DNA from: Gammaproteobacteria bacterium
GTDB lineage: Bacteria; Pseudomonadota; Gammaproteobacteria; Chromatiales; Chromatiaceae
Length of the DNA stretch: 37,205 nucleotides
Direction: 5' to 3'
Assembly (NCBI GenBank): GCA_007135625.1
Contig: SLIM01000028.1
Span: forward strand, 1 to 37,205
The notes beneath the pieces were generated by a model, which did not search any database, was not told the DNA's origin, and worked only from the letters and a program-made list of their open reading frames with translations. The translations under genes were made by a program, and so were the position numbers. Shown one piece after another: positions 1 to 9,025 of the stretch. Each line of letters starts with the position of its first letter. Positions within the stretch are counted from its first letter, which is position 1.

Positions 1-2417
1 GTAGCGGCTGGCGGTGCTGCGGGTGTAGCGGCTGGCGGAATGCCCTTGCTCTCGGCAACTGGCGCGGCAACCGGTGGTGGGGCAGCGGGGGTGCTATGCG
101 CTCCACTCGCCTTCTCCGAGGAGAGCTCGCTAAACATCTGTTCAATGGTTGCGATCTGCTGTTCGCTGCTCTCCAGGGTCGGGCGCTCGCCCTCAACCAG
201 AGCAAAGTGAGCGCTGTCGAGCTCCTCCAGCCAGTTATTGCAGAATGCAACCGGCTCTTGATACCCCATATAAGCTGCGGCGTGGCGCAGGTGGCGGACA
301 TGCTGTTCAATCTCGGCGAGAAGCGGTGCCGGGGTCTCGCTGTTTCGGTAGCGTTTGAGGTCGCTGCGCAGTGCGGCCAGCAGTTCGCCGGCACGGTTGA
401 GAAAGATCTGGTACAGCTCTTGGTCATACGGCTCATCATCGGCACTGCGCGGGGCAACTCCGAGAAGATCGTTGGCATCAAACGTCTCGGCGGCAATTGC
501 CCGCTCCAAGCTGCTGATGATATCCTCAGTCGGCGACTGTTCGTAACCATATTTGGTTAGGTCGTCGGTAAGACGCTCCAGGCGATCACGAGCGGTGAGC
601 AGGATGGTAATCAACTCGGGGCTGGCGTTTTTGTCGCCCTGGCGGATTTGGGCCAGTAGATCTTCCATGCGATGGGCGACTGCGGCGATGCGGTGGAGGC
701 CGACAAACTGGGCCACGCCTTTGATGGTATGCGCTGCGCGAAAGACATCCTCTAGGTGCGTGGTCTCCTGCGGCTCCGCCTCAAAGCGAAGCAGACCCTG
801 CTCCATGTCGCCGAGGTGGTCACTCGCTTGGTCAACAAAGTCATGTACCTCGTCGCTATCCAGCGCATCTTCGGCGGCGGCGGCGCTCTCCATCTCCTCT
901 GCGCTACGACCACTACCCGCCATTTCACCGTCAACCTGTAGCTCTTCTGCGGCTAATTGCGGTATCGCTGCGACCAGTCGGTTGATCGCTTCGGGCATGA
1001 AGCGGGGGGAGTAGTCGGCACCCTGCTGAAGCTGTTCGATAGCGCCATGGATCTGCCCGATCCACTCATGGTAGTAGTCAACCAGGCGCTCATAGCCCAT
1101 GTAGTTGGCGGCGGAGCGCAGTCGGACGATATGCCCTAGACACTCCTCCAGCACCCCTTCATCCTCTTCGGAACCGTCTAGCGCACGGGTTAACATGCCG
1201 AGCAGGCCGAGTTTGTCGCGCAACTGTTGCAGGAAGATTTCGAACAGCTCTTGGTCGTACTCCTCTTGCAGCACCAGCGGTGGAAGCTGCATTATTTCCT
1301 CGCCACTGGTGCTTATCTCCTCTTCACTTGGCGGTTCTGCTACCTGCAGGGAATCCTCTGCAAGTGCATCCTCTTCCAGCTCGCCCTCCCACGCCTCGGC
1401 GGCGAGAGCATCTTCTTCGAGAGCATCTTCTTCGAGTGCATCCCCTTCCAGCTCGCCGTCCCACGCTTCGGCGGCGAGAGCATCTTCTTCGAGTGCCTCC
1501 TCTTCCAGCTCGCCCTCCCACGCTTCGGCGGTTAGGGCATCTTCTTCGAGTGCCTCCTCTTCCAGCTCGCCCTCCCACGCTTCGGCGGTTAGAGCATCTT
1601 CTTCGAGCGCATCCTCTTCCAGCTCGTTACCCCACTCTTCAGCGGTGAGAGCATCTTCTTCGAGCGCATCCTCTTCCAGCTCGCTACTCCACTCTTCAGC
1701 GGTGAGAGCATCTTCAGCGGAGAGAGCATCCCCGGCGGCGAGAGCATCTTCTGCGGCAAGGGCATCTTCAGCGGCGAGAGCATCTTCGGCGAACGCCGAC
1801 TCCTCTAGCTCATCATCAAGAGCGGACTCTTCCAGCTCCGTGGCGGCGAGATCGAAGCCGCCATCCTCCTCTTCGGCGGCATCGGCCTCTGCCAGCAGGG
1901 CATCCAGGTCGCCGTCGTCCAGCCCATCCTCGTCCCAGGAGTCTGCCAGCAGATCATCCTCAGGGGTGTCGTCACGCTCCGTCGAGCGGGTGGTCGAGTT
2001 GGCGCTGGGGTGGCTCGCAACCACCACACCACCATGCTCGATGGCATCGCTAATTTTGGCGACCAGGTCGTGAACCTCGGTCTCCTCACTCTGGTTTTTC
2101 TCCAGATCTTTAACCAGGGAGGCGATGCGATCACGCCCTTCAATGAGCAGATCGACGACATCTCTGGTGGTCGGCAGGGTTCCCTGGCGCAGGAGATCGA
2201 GCAGATCCTCTAGTCGGTGAGAGAGGCTGGAGACCTGGTCGAGACCAACAAACTGGGAGGCACCTTTGATCGTGTGAATCGGTCGGAAGATGTCATTGCA
2301 GAGATCTTTGTTATCGCTCCCGGGCTTTAGCTCCAGTAACTGGTTCTCCATCTCTTCGAGGTGCTCGCTGGCCTCGATAATAAAGTCGTCCAACAACGAA
2401 TAATCGATATCACCCAT
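1..2417 (-). CDS. CheA/ChpA-like chemosensory histidine kinase, N-terminal multi-Hpt region (partial; 3' part lies beyond the left edge)
   Basis: Absent from the ORF track because no stop falls inside the window. The minus strand from ATG 2417 is open to position 1: MGDIDYSLLDDFIIEASEHLEEMENQLLELKPGSDNKDLCNDIFRPIHTIKGASQFVGLDQVSSLSHRLEDLLDLLRQG... The first Hpt signature HTIKG has its His codon at 2274-2276. A second Hpt, EDVFRAAHTIKGVAQFVGLHRIAAVAHRMEDLL, has its His codon at 729-731. I hand-translated codons at 2161-2417 and 990-1013, and both stretches are in the same frame. Confidence 0.85.
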   Translation of the reverse strand, partial: MGDIDYSLLDDFIIEASEHLEEMENQLLELKPGSDNKDLCNDIFRPIHTIKGASQFVGLDQVSSLSHRLEDLLDLLRQGTLPTTRDVVDLLIEGRDRIASLVKDLEKNQSEETEVHDLVAKISDAIEHGGVVVASHPSANSTTRSTERDDTPEDDLLADSWDEDGLDDGDLDALLAEADAAEEEDGGFDLAATELEESALDDELEESAFAEDALAAEDALAAEDALAAGDALSAEDALTAEEWSSELEEDALEEDALTAEEWGNELEEDALEEDALTAEAWEGELEEEALEEDALTAEAWEGELEEEALEEDALAAEAWDGELEGDALEEDALEEDALAAEAWEGELEEDALAEDSLQVAEPPSEEEISTSGEEIMQLPPLVLQEEYDQELFEIFLQQLRDKLGLLGMLTRALDGSEEDEGVLEECLGHIVRLRSAANYMGYERLVDYYHEWIGQIHGAIEQLQQGADYSPRFMPEAINRLVAAIPQLAAEELQVDGEMAGSGRSAEEMESAAAAEDALDSDEVHDFVDQASDHLGDMEQGLLRFEAEPQETTHLEDVFRAAHTIKGVAQFVGLHRIAAVAHRMEDLLAQIRQGDKNASPELITILLTARDRLERLTDDLTKYGYEQSPTEDIISSLERAIAAETFDANDLLGVAPRSADDEPYDQELYQIFLNRAGELLAALRSDLKRYRNSETPAPLLAEIEQHVRHLRHAAAYMGYQEPVAFCNNWLEELDSAHFALVEGERPTLESSEQQIATIEQMFSELSSEKASGAHSTPAAPPPVAAPVAESKGIPPAATPAAPPAA
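1366..1790. repeat. In-frame tandem repeat inside the kinase gene: six units (72, then 5 x 57 bp), degenerating into 15-21 bp sub-repeats
   Basis: Units start at 1366, 1438, 1495, 1552, 1609 and 1666, e.g. gcctcctcttccagctcgccctcccacgcttcggcggttagggcatcttcttcgagt. On the coding strand each unit encodes an acidic 19-aa repeat of the type EDALEEDALTAE(A/E)W(E/G/S)(G/N/S)ELE. Confidence 0.9.
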
Positions 2418-2632
2418 GACACCATCTCACTCTCGCGTTATAGCTGTTTAAGCGCTTGCCTGAACGCCACTGGCGTATCAGATAGCACCTGCTGACTCGA
2501 CCGGGAAGACAGGGGTTCGCAGCGCTTCGCGATGGTGTTCCCATGCCTTGACACCGTAGAGAGTACAGACCAAGAGCGCAGGTGCAGCATCCCTTGCGGG
2601 GTAGCGGCGTGTACACCTCTCCCTTTCCGAAC

Positions 2633-3004
2633 CTATACCCGATCGACCATGCTTAAAATCTCGGCCGCCTTATGTTTGTTGACCAGACCAACACCACCTA
2701 TGGCATCGATCTCCGCCCCATATTTGTCTTCGTTCAAGTTGGAGAGGAAGAGGATGCGGGCCTGAGGATCGATCTTGAAGATCTCCTTCGCTGCGGTCAG
2801 GCCATCCATGCCGCGCATAGTAATATCCATGGTGACAATCTCCGGTGAGACAGTACCGTAGAGTTCGACTGCCTGCTCTCCGTTGGTTGCCTCGCCGACC
2901 ACCTTATGCCCCGCATCTTCGAGTACCTTGACGATCATTTTGCGCATCATCATGGAGTCGTCAACGATCAATATCTTTTTGCCCATGGTACCTCTACCCG
3001 CCAT
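2633..3004 (-). CDS. cheY: CheY-like single-domain response regulator
   Basis: REC domain only: KILIVDDSMMMRKMI...PEIVTMDITMRGMDGLTAAKEI...ILFLSNL. The likely true start is ATG 2986 (MGKKILIVDD), preceded by GAGG. It sits between cheW and the kinase. Confidence 0.9.
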   Translation of the reverse strand: MAGRGTMGKKILIVDDSMMMRKMIVKVLEDAGHKVVGEATNGEQAVELYGTVSPEIVTMDITMRGMDGLTAAKEIFKIDPQARILFLSNLNEDKYGAEIDAIGGVGLVNKHKAAEILSMVDRV

Positions 3005-3044
3005 AACCGCTGCGTAAAATCGCTCCTCTATCCCTTCTCTTCAA

Positions 3045-3572
3045 CTAGGAAGCATCCAGTGCCTCGCTTTTGACCTTTTTCAGGCGCTTGATCTCATCCA
3101 GTAACAGGATGCGATTAAAATCCAATAGGATCAGCAGATCACCTTCAATATCGATCACCCCTCGAATATATTGGCTCTCCAGTCCGGCCACGATAATCTC
3201 GGGGGCGTGTTCGATATCTCCCTCGTCAATCTTGAGCACCTCGGTCACCGAGTCAACAATAAACCCGGTCACTCGACCCCCGATGTCGAGAATCAGGATC
3301 CAGGTACGGTTCTGCTCGGAGTTTTCATCGAACAGGTTAAGCCGCTTGCGCAGGTCAATCACCGGAATGATATCGCCACGCAGGTTGATTACCCCTTCGA
3401 CAAAATCGGGTGAGTTAGGGACTGCGGTAATCGGTGCCGAGCGGATGATCTCCTGTACCATCAGGATATCGACACCGAAGAGTTCGTCGGCAATCTTGAA
3501 GCCGACCAACTGCATCAGGCTTTCGGACTCCTCTTGGGTAATCCGTGAATAAGCGTAGCCTTCTGTAGCCAT
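3045..3572 (-). CDS. cheW: CheW-like coupling protein
   Basis: 175 aa with a typical CheW core: QLVGFKIADELFGVDILMVQEIIRSAPITAVPNSPDFVEGVINLRGDIIPVIDLRKRLNL. A GGAGGAG Shine-Dalgarno lies 5 nt upstream of the ATG. Confidence 0.9.
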   Translation of the reverse strand: MATEGYAYSRITQEESESLMQLVGFKIADELFGVDILMVQEIIRSAPITAVPNSPDFVEGVINLRGDIIPVIDLRKRLNLFDENSEQNRTWILILDIGGRVTGFIVDSVTEVLKIDEGDIEHAPEIIVAGLESQYIRGVIDIEGDLLILLDFNRILLLDEIKRLKKVKSEALDAS

Positions 3573-3664
3573 CGTTTCTCCTCCGGCTGCAATAGAACAG
3601 GGTTACGGACAGCAACCCCGCCACACCCCCCTACGCAGGGAAGTGCAGCGGGAGTGGCCGTGCC

Positions 3665-6600
3665 TCAGATCTTGAACTGCCGCACCTGCTGGGTTAGCTG
3701 CTGGGAGACCTGCTTCAAGTCCTCGGTGATCTTCACCACGGTACCGGCCCCTTCCACCGTCTGGGCGGCAGCTTCGGCAGTCTCGGTGGAGATCATGCTA
3801 ACATTCTGCGCACGGCGGGCCTGTTCGTTGGTCAAGTTACCCATCTCCGAAGAGCGCTGCAGAATGTTCTGCATCTCCTTACCAATCATCTGCGCATCGG
3901 TGTTGACCTGGGTCACCAGCGAGCCGATGGTACGGGTATGTTCGATCATCGAACGCAACGAGTTCTCTGCCGCCTGGCGACGCGGTGCCTGCTCACGCGC
4001 CATGGTTCCAATCTCCTGCGCCAGTCGGTTCAGTTCGGTCATCAACGCCTGCACGTCGGTCGCTGAGGAGTTGAGAACGTGAGAGGTCTTGGCAATCGCC
4101 TCAATCGCTTCCATGTTGCGGCGACCGCCCTCGTCGATCTGCACCAGCGAGCGTTGCGACTCGTCGGAGAGGCGCGAACCCTCACTCACACGTCCGGTGG
4201 AGTCCTTGATCAACTGGGTGATCTCTTTGGCCGCCTCGGAGGAGCGCTGGGCCAGCTTACCCACTTCGTCGGCAACCACCGCAAAGCCCTTACCGTGGGC
4301 CCCGGCACGCGCCGCCTCAATGGCGGCGTTCAGTGCCAGCAGGTTGGTCTGCTCGGCAATTTCGGTAATCACCACGATGATTTCAGAGATCTGCTCGGAG
4401 GATTCGGCGATGGCCTTCATACCTTCCACCGTCGATTGCACCGTCACACGACCCTGGCGGGCTGCGTTAAGTACCGAGTCACCCTCTTGGGTCGCCTGGG
4501 CCACCGTTTTGGTCATCTCCTGCACCGCTGCGACCATCTCGTTCATGGAGGCCGAGACCTTGGCCACCATTTCGCCCTGCTGCTGGGCGGTGCTGCCGAC
4601 GCGGGCACCGGTCTGCCCCATCTCCTGAACGCGCTCCATGGTCTGCCCCACCTCTTCGTTCTGGGCAATCGCGGCGCGGGCTACGTTATCCATCGACTTC
4701 AACATCTTGGTAACCGCATCGTTGGCTTTCATCGCCGCCGAGTTCTGTTCGGCGGTAAAGGCGGCCACCTGACCGGCAGTGGTTCCCATTTCGCTAATAA
4801 TGCCCTTAGCGTTTTCGGCCCGCTCTTTCTGCAGGGTAGCACGTTCGCGGTTGGCGCTAGCGCGTTGGGCCACATCCTGCGAGGATTTGTCCACCCCGAG
4901 CGCACCGCTCTGCACCACCTTCATCGCCCCTTGCAGCACCTCGACCATGTGGTTAAAGGAGTGGGTCATCACACCAATCTCATCCTTACTCTTGGCTTCA
5001 GCACGCAGGGTGAGGTCTTGATCAGCAGCGATCTTGCGCACCACCTGAGCGACGTGAACAATCGGACGGGCGATCCCTTGGGCGATCAGGAAGGCGATCA
5101 CAATCACCAGTGGAATCACAATCGCGGCAAGAATGGCGATATCCCGCTCAAAGACCGCTACCGCCGTCAGCGCGTCACTCTCATCCTCTTTACCGATCAC
5201 CGCCCACTCAAACTCCGTTCCAGGAATAAGGCTTGATAACCCAACTGGTTGATAGCCGATTACACTCGCAACCCCTCGGTAGTCTCCCCCTCGCATCACC
5301 CCGGTTTCACCGCGCAGGGCTTGTTGTGCAGCGGCACTTTCAATTCGTGTGAGGACATCATCTCTACCGCTATAACGCAAGTTGGTACGTGCTGTCATGT
5401 CGGAGGCGACCACATAGACCTCGCCACTTTCGCTCAAACCGGTCAGTTGCCCAACCTCACGCTGAAGATCTTCCGCCACAATCTGCACGGCGATCAGCAT
5501 GGTGATTTGTCCCCGCTCAACGACTGGCTTGATCATAAAGGCGCTGGGCAGGTTGTTGGAGGGTGCGTAGCGGGCAAAGTCGGTGAGGGTCAGTTGGCGG
5601 GTACGTAGCGCCTTCTGCACCCCCCGACTGAGATTGGAATCGGCGAAGCGACCATCCAGAATGTTGCTCTGGAAGTCAGCCTCTTTGCTCACGGTGTAGA
5701 AGATATAGCCGCTAGGATCGATCAAAAAGATGTCGTAGCTTCCGAAGGTTTTGGTATAGAAGCTGAAGTAATCTTCGTTCGTCCCTTCCAGCACCGGCAC
5801 CACCGCATCGGTCAGCTCACCGGTGGTGACGATACCCCAGGTCAATCCATCAATAGTAAGCGGACGGTAGAAGGAGCGGTGCATGGTACCGGTGGCTGTA
5901 GAGATCTTGGTCATCGACCCGCGCTCACCGCGCAGCACCGCATGGGTATCGGCATCGGTCTTGGCATCGTTAATGCGTCCGGGGCGTAGCTCACGGTTGT
6001 TACGGTAGGCAGTGCGCCCATCTTCGCTCTTGCCGACCAGGTAGGTCTCATAGGAGGGACTCATGCCGTCACGCTGCAACACGATCTGATGCAGCGGTAC
6101 CGGGTCGACCTCAAAGGCGGCGACACCGAGAAAGGTACCTGCGGCATCGTGCAGCGGGGTAGCCATAAACATCGCCTGCGCCCGTTTGGGTTCGTAGAGG
6201 GAGAAGTCCTCAATCGCGATCTCCTGGCGTGCCTTCTCAAAGACTCGCCCCAAGCCGCTACGGCGCAACGCCCCACTGACGACATTACTGCCTAAATCTT
6301 GCCCTTTAGCCAAGCTATAGACCACATCACCTTGAGCATTGATAAGGTAGAGATCGGAGAAGGCGAACTGTTCAGCAAAGACCCGCAGACCGACTTCACG
6401 CTCTCGCAGGACAGTCCGATACCCTTCGCTCTGCACCCCGCCACCCGCAAAAGCTTCGGCAAAGGCCGGTAGTCCAGCCAAGAAGCGGATGTTCTGCTGC
6501 ACATCGCTCATTACCGCGTAGCGCTGGGCAAAGAAGTCTTCTAACTGCTTCCCCTTGAGGGCGTTAATCGCATCGTTCTTGAACTGACGATCCGACGCGA

Positions 6601-6862
6601 AGATTCGAGTTGCCTGTTCCAGGGTCACCAACTGCTCAATATCCACCTCAAGCATGTGTTGAATATTCTGTGCCCGCCGCCGGGTTACCCCATCAATCCG
6701 CTGTTCAGCCTGTTCCACCAGACCCTCGGTAGCGTCGATCACCGCAATATAAGCACCAAGCGCAAAGGGTATGGTACCTACCAGCAGGAACGCCATGATC
6801 AGCTTGTACCTCAGGGAGAGGTCACTATACCAACTTACGAGACTATTCATATTTTCCTCCAT
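3665..6862 (-). CDS. Methyl-accepting chemotaxis protein with a very large (~530 aa) periplasmic sensor region, HAMP and a long signalling domain
   Basis: TM1 is [24 protein letters not shown] and TM2 is [24 protein letters not shown]. The canonical MCP hairpin tip is [44 protein letters not shown] 6850 (MNSLVSW), preceded by GGAGGA, is the more likely start. Confidence 0.9.
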   Translation of the reverse strand: MEENMNSLVSWYSDLSLRYKLIMAFLLVGTIPFALGAYIAVIDATEGLVEQAEQRIDGVTRRRAQNIQHMLEVDIEQLVTLEQATRIFASDRQFKNDAINALKGKQLEDFFAQRYAVMSDVQQNIRFLAGLPAFAEAFAGGGVQSEGYRTVLREREVGLRVFAEQFAFSDLYLINAQGDVVYSLAKGQDLGSNVVSGALRRSGLGRVFEKARQEIAIEDFSLYEPKRAQAMFMATPLHDAAGTFLGVAAFEVDPVPLHQIVLQRDGMSPSYETYLVGKSEDGRTAYRNNRELRPGRINDAKTDADTHAVLRGERGSMTKISTATGTMHRSFYRPLTIDGLTWGIVTTGELTDAVVPVLEGTNEDYFSFYTKTFGSYDIFLIDPSGYIFYTVSKEADFQSNILDGRFADSNLSRGVQKALRTRQLTLTDFARYAPSNNLPSAFMIKPVVERGQITMLIAVQIVAEDLQREVGQLTGLSESGEVYVVASDMTARTNLRYSGRDDVLTRIESAAAQQALRGETGVMRGGDYRGVASVIGYQPVGLSSLIPGTEFEWAVIGKEDESDALTAVAVFERDIAILAAIVIPLVIVIAFLIAQGIARPIVHVAQVVRKIAADQDLTLRAEAKSKDEIGVMTHSFNHMVEVLQGAMKVVQSGALGVDKSSQDVAQRASANRERATLQKERAENAKGIISEMGTTAGQVAAFTAEQNSAAMKANDAVTKMLKSMDNVARAAIAQNEEVGQTMERVQEMGQTGARVGSTAQQQGEMVAKVSASMNEMVAAVQEMTKTVAQATQEGDSVLNAARQGRVTVQSTVEGMKAIAESSEQISEIIVVITEIAEQTNLLALNAAIEAARAGAHGKGFAVVADEVGKLAQRSSEAAKEITQLIKDSTGRVSEGSRLSDESQRSLVQIDEGGRRNMEAIEAIAKTSHVLNSSATDVQALMTELNRLAQEIGTMAREQAPRRQAAENSLRSMIEHTRTIGSLVTQVNTDAQMIGKEMQNILQRSSEMGNLTNEQARRAQNVSMISTETAEAAAQTVEGAGTVVKITEDLKQVSQQLTQQVRQFKI

Positions 6863-6944
6863 CGACGACTAAGGCAGACCCCGCCGAACGCACCGAGTCC
6901 GTACACTGCCGGGTAGTATAAGCAAAAGTTTTCACGATTGATCC

Positions 6945-8027
6945 CTATTTCTCTACAAAAAGACGATTCAGTTGATCAGCGACATGGGCATCGCAGATCA
7001 CCCCCCCCTCACCAGAGTAGGCTAGTGCGGTTTCGGCCATCTCCCGCACTAGGCAACTAGCCGGGTCTTGGATGATCGCCACCCCCCCGACCCGGCTCAC
7101 TTCGGCCAACCCTTCGGCCCCGTCATCCCCGCTGCCGGAGAGGACGACCCCTACCACCTGGTGGCCGAGCATATCGGTGGCGGAGTAGAGTACCCGATTG
7201 AAGGAGCCGCGCTGCGACTCAAATGGGGCGGGGTGGACATGCAGCCCGATTCCGTCGCCGACATGGCGCAGTGTGACGTAATCCTCGCCTGCCGAGATGT
7301 AGCAGACTCCCGGTCGCAGCGGGGCACCATCGACCGCCCGCTCCACCTGAATCTGGCAGTAGCGGTTGAGGTAGTCGATGAAGCTATCGACATAGCGAGC
7401 GTGTTCGTAGAGCACCGCGATAAAGGTGAGCGGGGAGCTGGCCGGCAGCCGGGGGAGGATCTTGAGCAGTGAGGCGTAGCCCCCTTGGGCCGCGCCGAGC
7501 GCCACCAGCCGCTCCACCTCGCCCTCGCCCTCTGCGCCAGCACGAGCAAGAGGGGGTAGCGGCAGGTAGCGAAGCGCTTGGACATCAACCTGGGCAGCCC
7601 AGCGTAGCTTGGTGGCGACTTCTGCCTTCTGCCGCTCCAGGTCGCTAATTTCGAGCTTGGAGAGTTTGGGGACAAAGTCGACCGCCCCGAAGCGGATTGA
7701 GTCGAAGGCCTGCTCGGCACCCTCTTGGGTCAGGCTGGAGATCATTACGGTTGGGGTTGGTGAGTGGATCATCAGGTGCTTGAGCGCGGTGAGGCCGCTC
7801 ATGCCGGGCATGACGATGTCAAGGGTGATCAGGTCGGGGCGCAGGCTGGGGATCATGCGCAGTGCCGTAGCGCCATCCCCCGCCTCGCCAATAACCTCAA
7901 AACCTTGGATTGACTCTATAATGTCACGGATCGACTCGCGTACCATCGCGACATCATCGACCACCAGCACTTTTCGCTTCTCCACCATTCTGCTCCCTGC
8001 TATTGCGCCTGCTGTTCTGTCTGTCAC
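6945..8027 (-). CDS. cheB: CheB-like protein (REC + methylesterase-fold domain), probably catalytically degenerate
   Basis: REC: VLVVDDVAMVRESI...DLITLDIVMPGMSG. The C-terminal domain aligns by eye to E. coli CheB: RLVALGAAQGGYASLLKILPRLPASSPL.. versus [28 protein letters not shown].., and ..VVLSGSGDDGAEG versus VILTGMGNDGAAG. The nucleophile position is Ala (GCC at 7488-7490). The start is either GTG 8027 or ATG 7988. Confidence 0.8.
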   Translation of the reverse strand: MTDRTAGAIAGSRMVEKRKVLVVDDVAMVRESIRDIIESIQGFEVIGEAGDGATALRMIPSLRPDLITLDIVMPGMSGLTALKHLMIHSPTPTVMISSLTQEGAEQAFDSIRFGAVDFVPKLSKLEISDLERQKAEVATKLRWAAQVDVQALRYLPLPPLARAGAEGEGEVERLVALGAAQGGYASLLKILPRLPASSPLTFIAVLYEHARYVDSFIDYLNRYCQIQVERAVDGAPLRPGVCYISAGEDYVTLRHVGDGIGLHVHPAPFESQRGSFNRVLYSATDMLGHQVVGVVLSGSGDDGAEGLAEVSRVGGVAIIQDPASCLVREMAETALAYSGEGGVICDAHVADQLNRLFVEK

Positions 8028-8035
8028 CTTACTAC

Positions 8036-9025
8036 CTATTTGAGGTACTTGGCAACTTTATCGACCAGCTCAACCGAAGAGAAGGGCTTGGTCAAATACT
8101 CATCGGAACCCGACATCTTCCCCTTCAGCTTGTCGAACAGAGTGTCGCGTGAGGTCAGGATGATCACCGGAATGGCGGCGAATTCAGGCTTTTTCTTCAT
8201 GTGAGAGAGTACCTTATAGCCATCCATGCCGGGCAGAATCAGATCCAGCAGCACCAGGTCGGGCTTCTCGTTGGAGAGCTGTGCCAGGGCCTGAAAGCCA
8301 TCTCCTGCCTCGGTTATTCGATACCCTCTCGGGACGAGTGTGTTCGTGATTACTTTTCGAGAAATGATACTATCTTCGACCACCAGCACGGTATAGGCTG
8401 CCACCAGCTTGTCACCGCTCGGGGGCGGCGGGGCGGCTCGCTCGTTGCGGCGCTCTACTCCAGCACGTCCGTGCAGTTCGCGAATTCGCTGTCTGCGCCG
8501 TAACTCCTCATTCTGTACCCTTTCGGAGGGGGGGGGTGCGGGGGTGCGCTGCGAGGGTTGCGGGCGTGAGGAGGGGGCGCTCCCGGCAGGTGCCGGGCGG
8601 GCGGCTGGGGTGCGCCGCTGCGCGGCTGCTGCGGTTGCGTTCTGCGCCGTTCGCGCTGCCGTGCCGCCCGCCTCGGAGGGGGGCTTGGTGTCCGCCTCCG
8701 GGGAGGGTGGGCGGGCCAGGAACTGCAAGACTTTTTCCGTCTCCGGCAGTACTTCGCCATCCTTGGCACTCCCCTCTAGCGTCAGACCATCGGTATTAAA
8801 GGAGTATTTGCCCTGTTTGGCGCTGCGTCGTAGCAGTTGCAACGCTTTGATGCCACGCAGGGCGCGGTAGCGAATGCCGACGATTTTGCCTTTTTCGAGC
8901 AAAAATTCGCCCCAGTGACCCTGATCCGTAGCGATGTAAAAGGCACCCGTCATGCCGGCATGGCAGTGCATCCGCAGGTAGTGGACTAACTTGCTAACCG
9001 GCATGAGTACATGTTGATTTTCCAT
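8036..9025 (-). CDS. PatA-type response regulator: N-terminal DUF4388/PATAN-like domain, Pro/Ala-rich linker, C-terminal PilG-like REC
   Basis: The C-terminus, VLVVEDSIISRKV...DLVLLDLILPGMDGYKVLSHMKK..IPVIILTSRDTLFDKLKGKMSGSDEYLTKPFSSVELV, resembles the PilG/PixG subgroup (..DGLFDKARG...GSDQYLTKPF). The N-terminus, TGAFYIATDQGHWGEFLLEKGKIVGIRYRALRGIKALQLLRRSAKQGKYSF, fits the DUF4388 pattern. The REC call is firm; the N-terminal domain call is tentative. Confidence 0.75.
   Translation of the reverse strand: MENQHVLMPVSKLVHYLRMHCHAGMTGAFYIATDQGHWGEFLLEKGKIVGIRYRALRGIKALQLLRRSAKQGKYSFNTDGLTLEGSAKDGEVLPETEKVLQFLARPPSPEADTKPPSEAGGTAARTAQNATAAAAQRRTPAARPAPAGSAPSSRPQPSQRTPAPPPSERVQNEELRRRQRIRELHGRAGVERRNERAAPPPPSGDKLVAAYTVLVVEDSIISRKVITNTLVPRGYRITEAGDGFQALAQLSNEKPDLVLLDLILPGMDGYKVLSHMKKKPEFAAIPVIILTSRDTLFDKLKGKMSGSDEYLTKPFSSVELVDKVAKYLK

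Noticed and set aside
1105-2073. 322-aa plus-strand ORF, extremely Ser/Ala-rich (also 553-1014, 1227-1535 and 1280-1648 on the plus strand, and 1324-1578 and 1589-1783 on the minus strand)
   Set aside because: These are antisense or off-frame readings of the kinase gene and its 57-bp acidic repeat. Their low-complexity composition mirrors the Glu/Asp/Ala-rich true frame, which contains the Hpt motifs.
2418-2632. 215-nt spacer inside the chemosensory operon as a possible ncRNA or riboswitch
   Set aside because: Only short (3-6 bp) hairpins are present, and I recognise no conserved motif. It is mentioned under the operon finding only.
4079-5236. 385-aa plus-strand ORF (Gly/His/Leu/Arg-rich), and 4089-4628
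   Set aside because: They lie antisense to the MCP signalling domain, whose canonical hairpin motif fixes the minus-strand frame. They have no motifs of their own.
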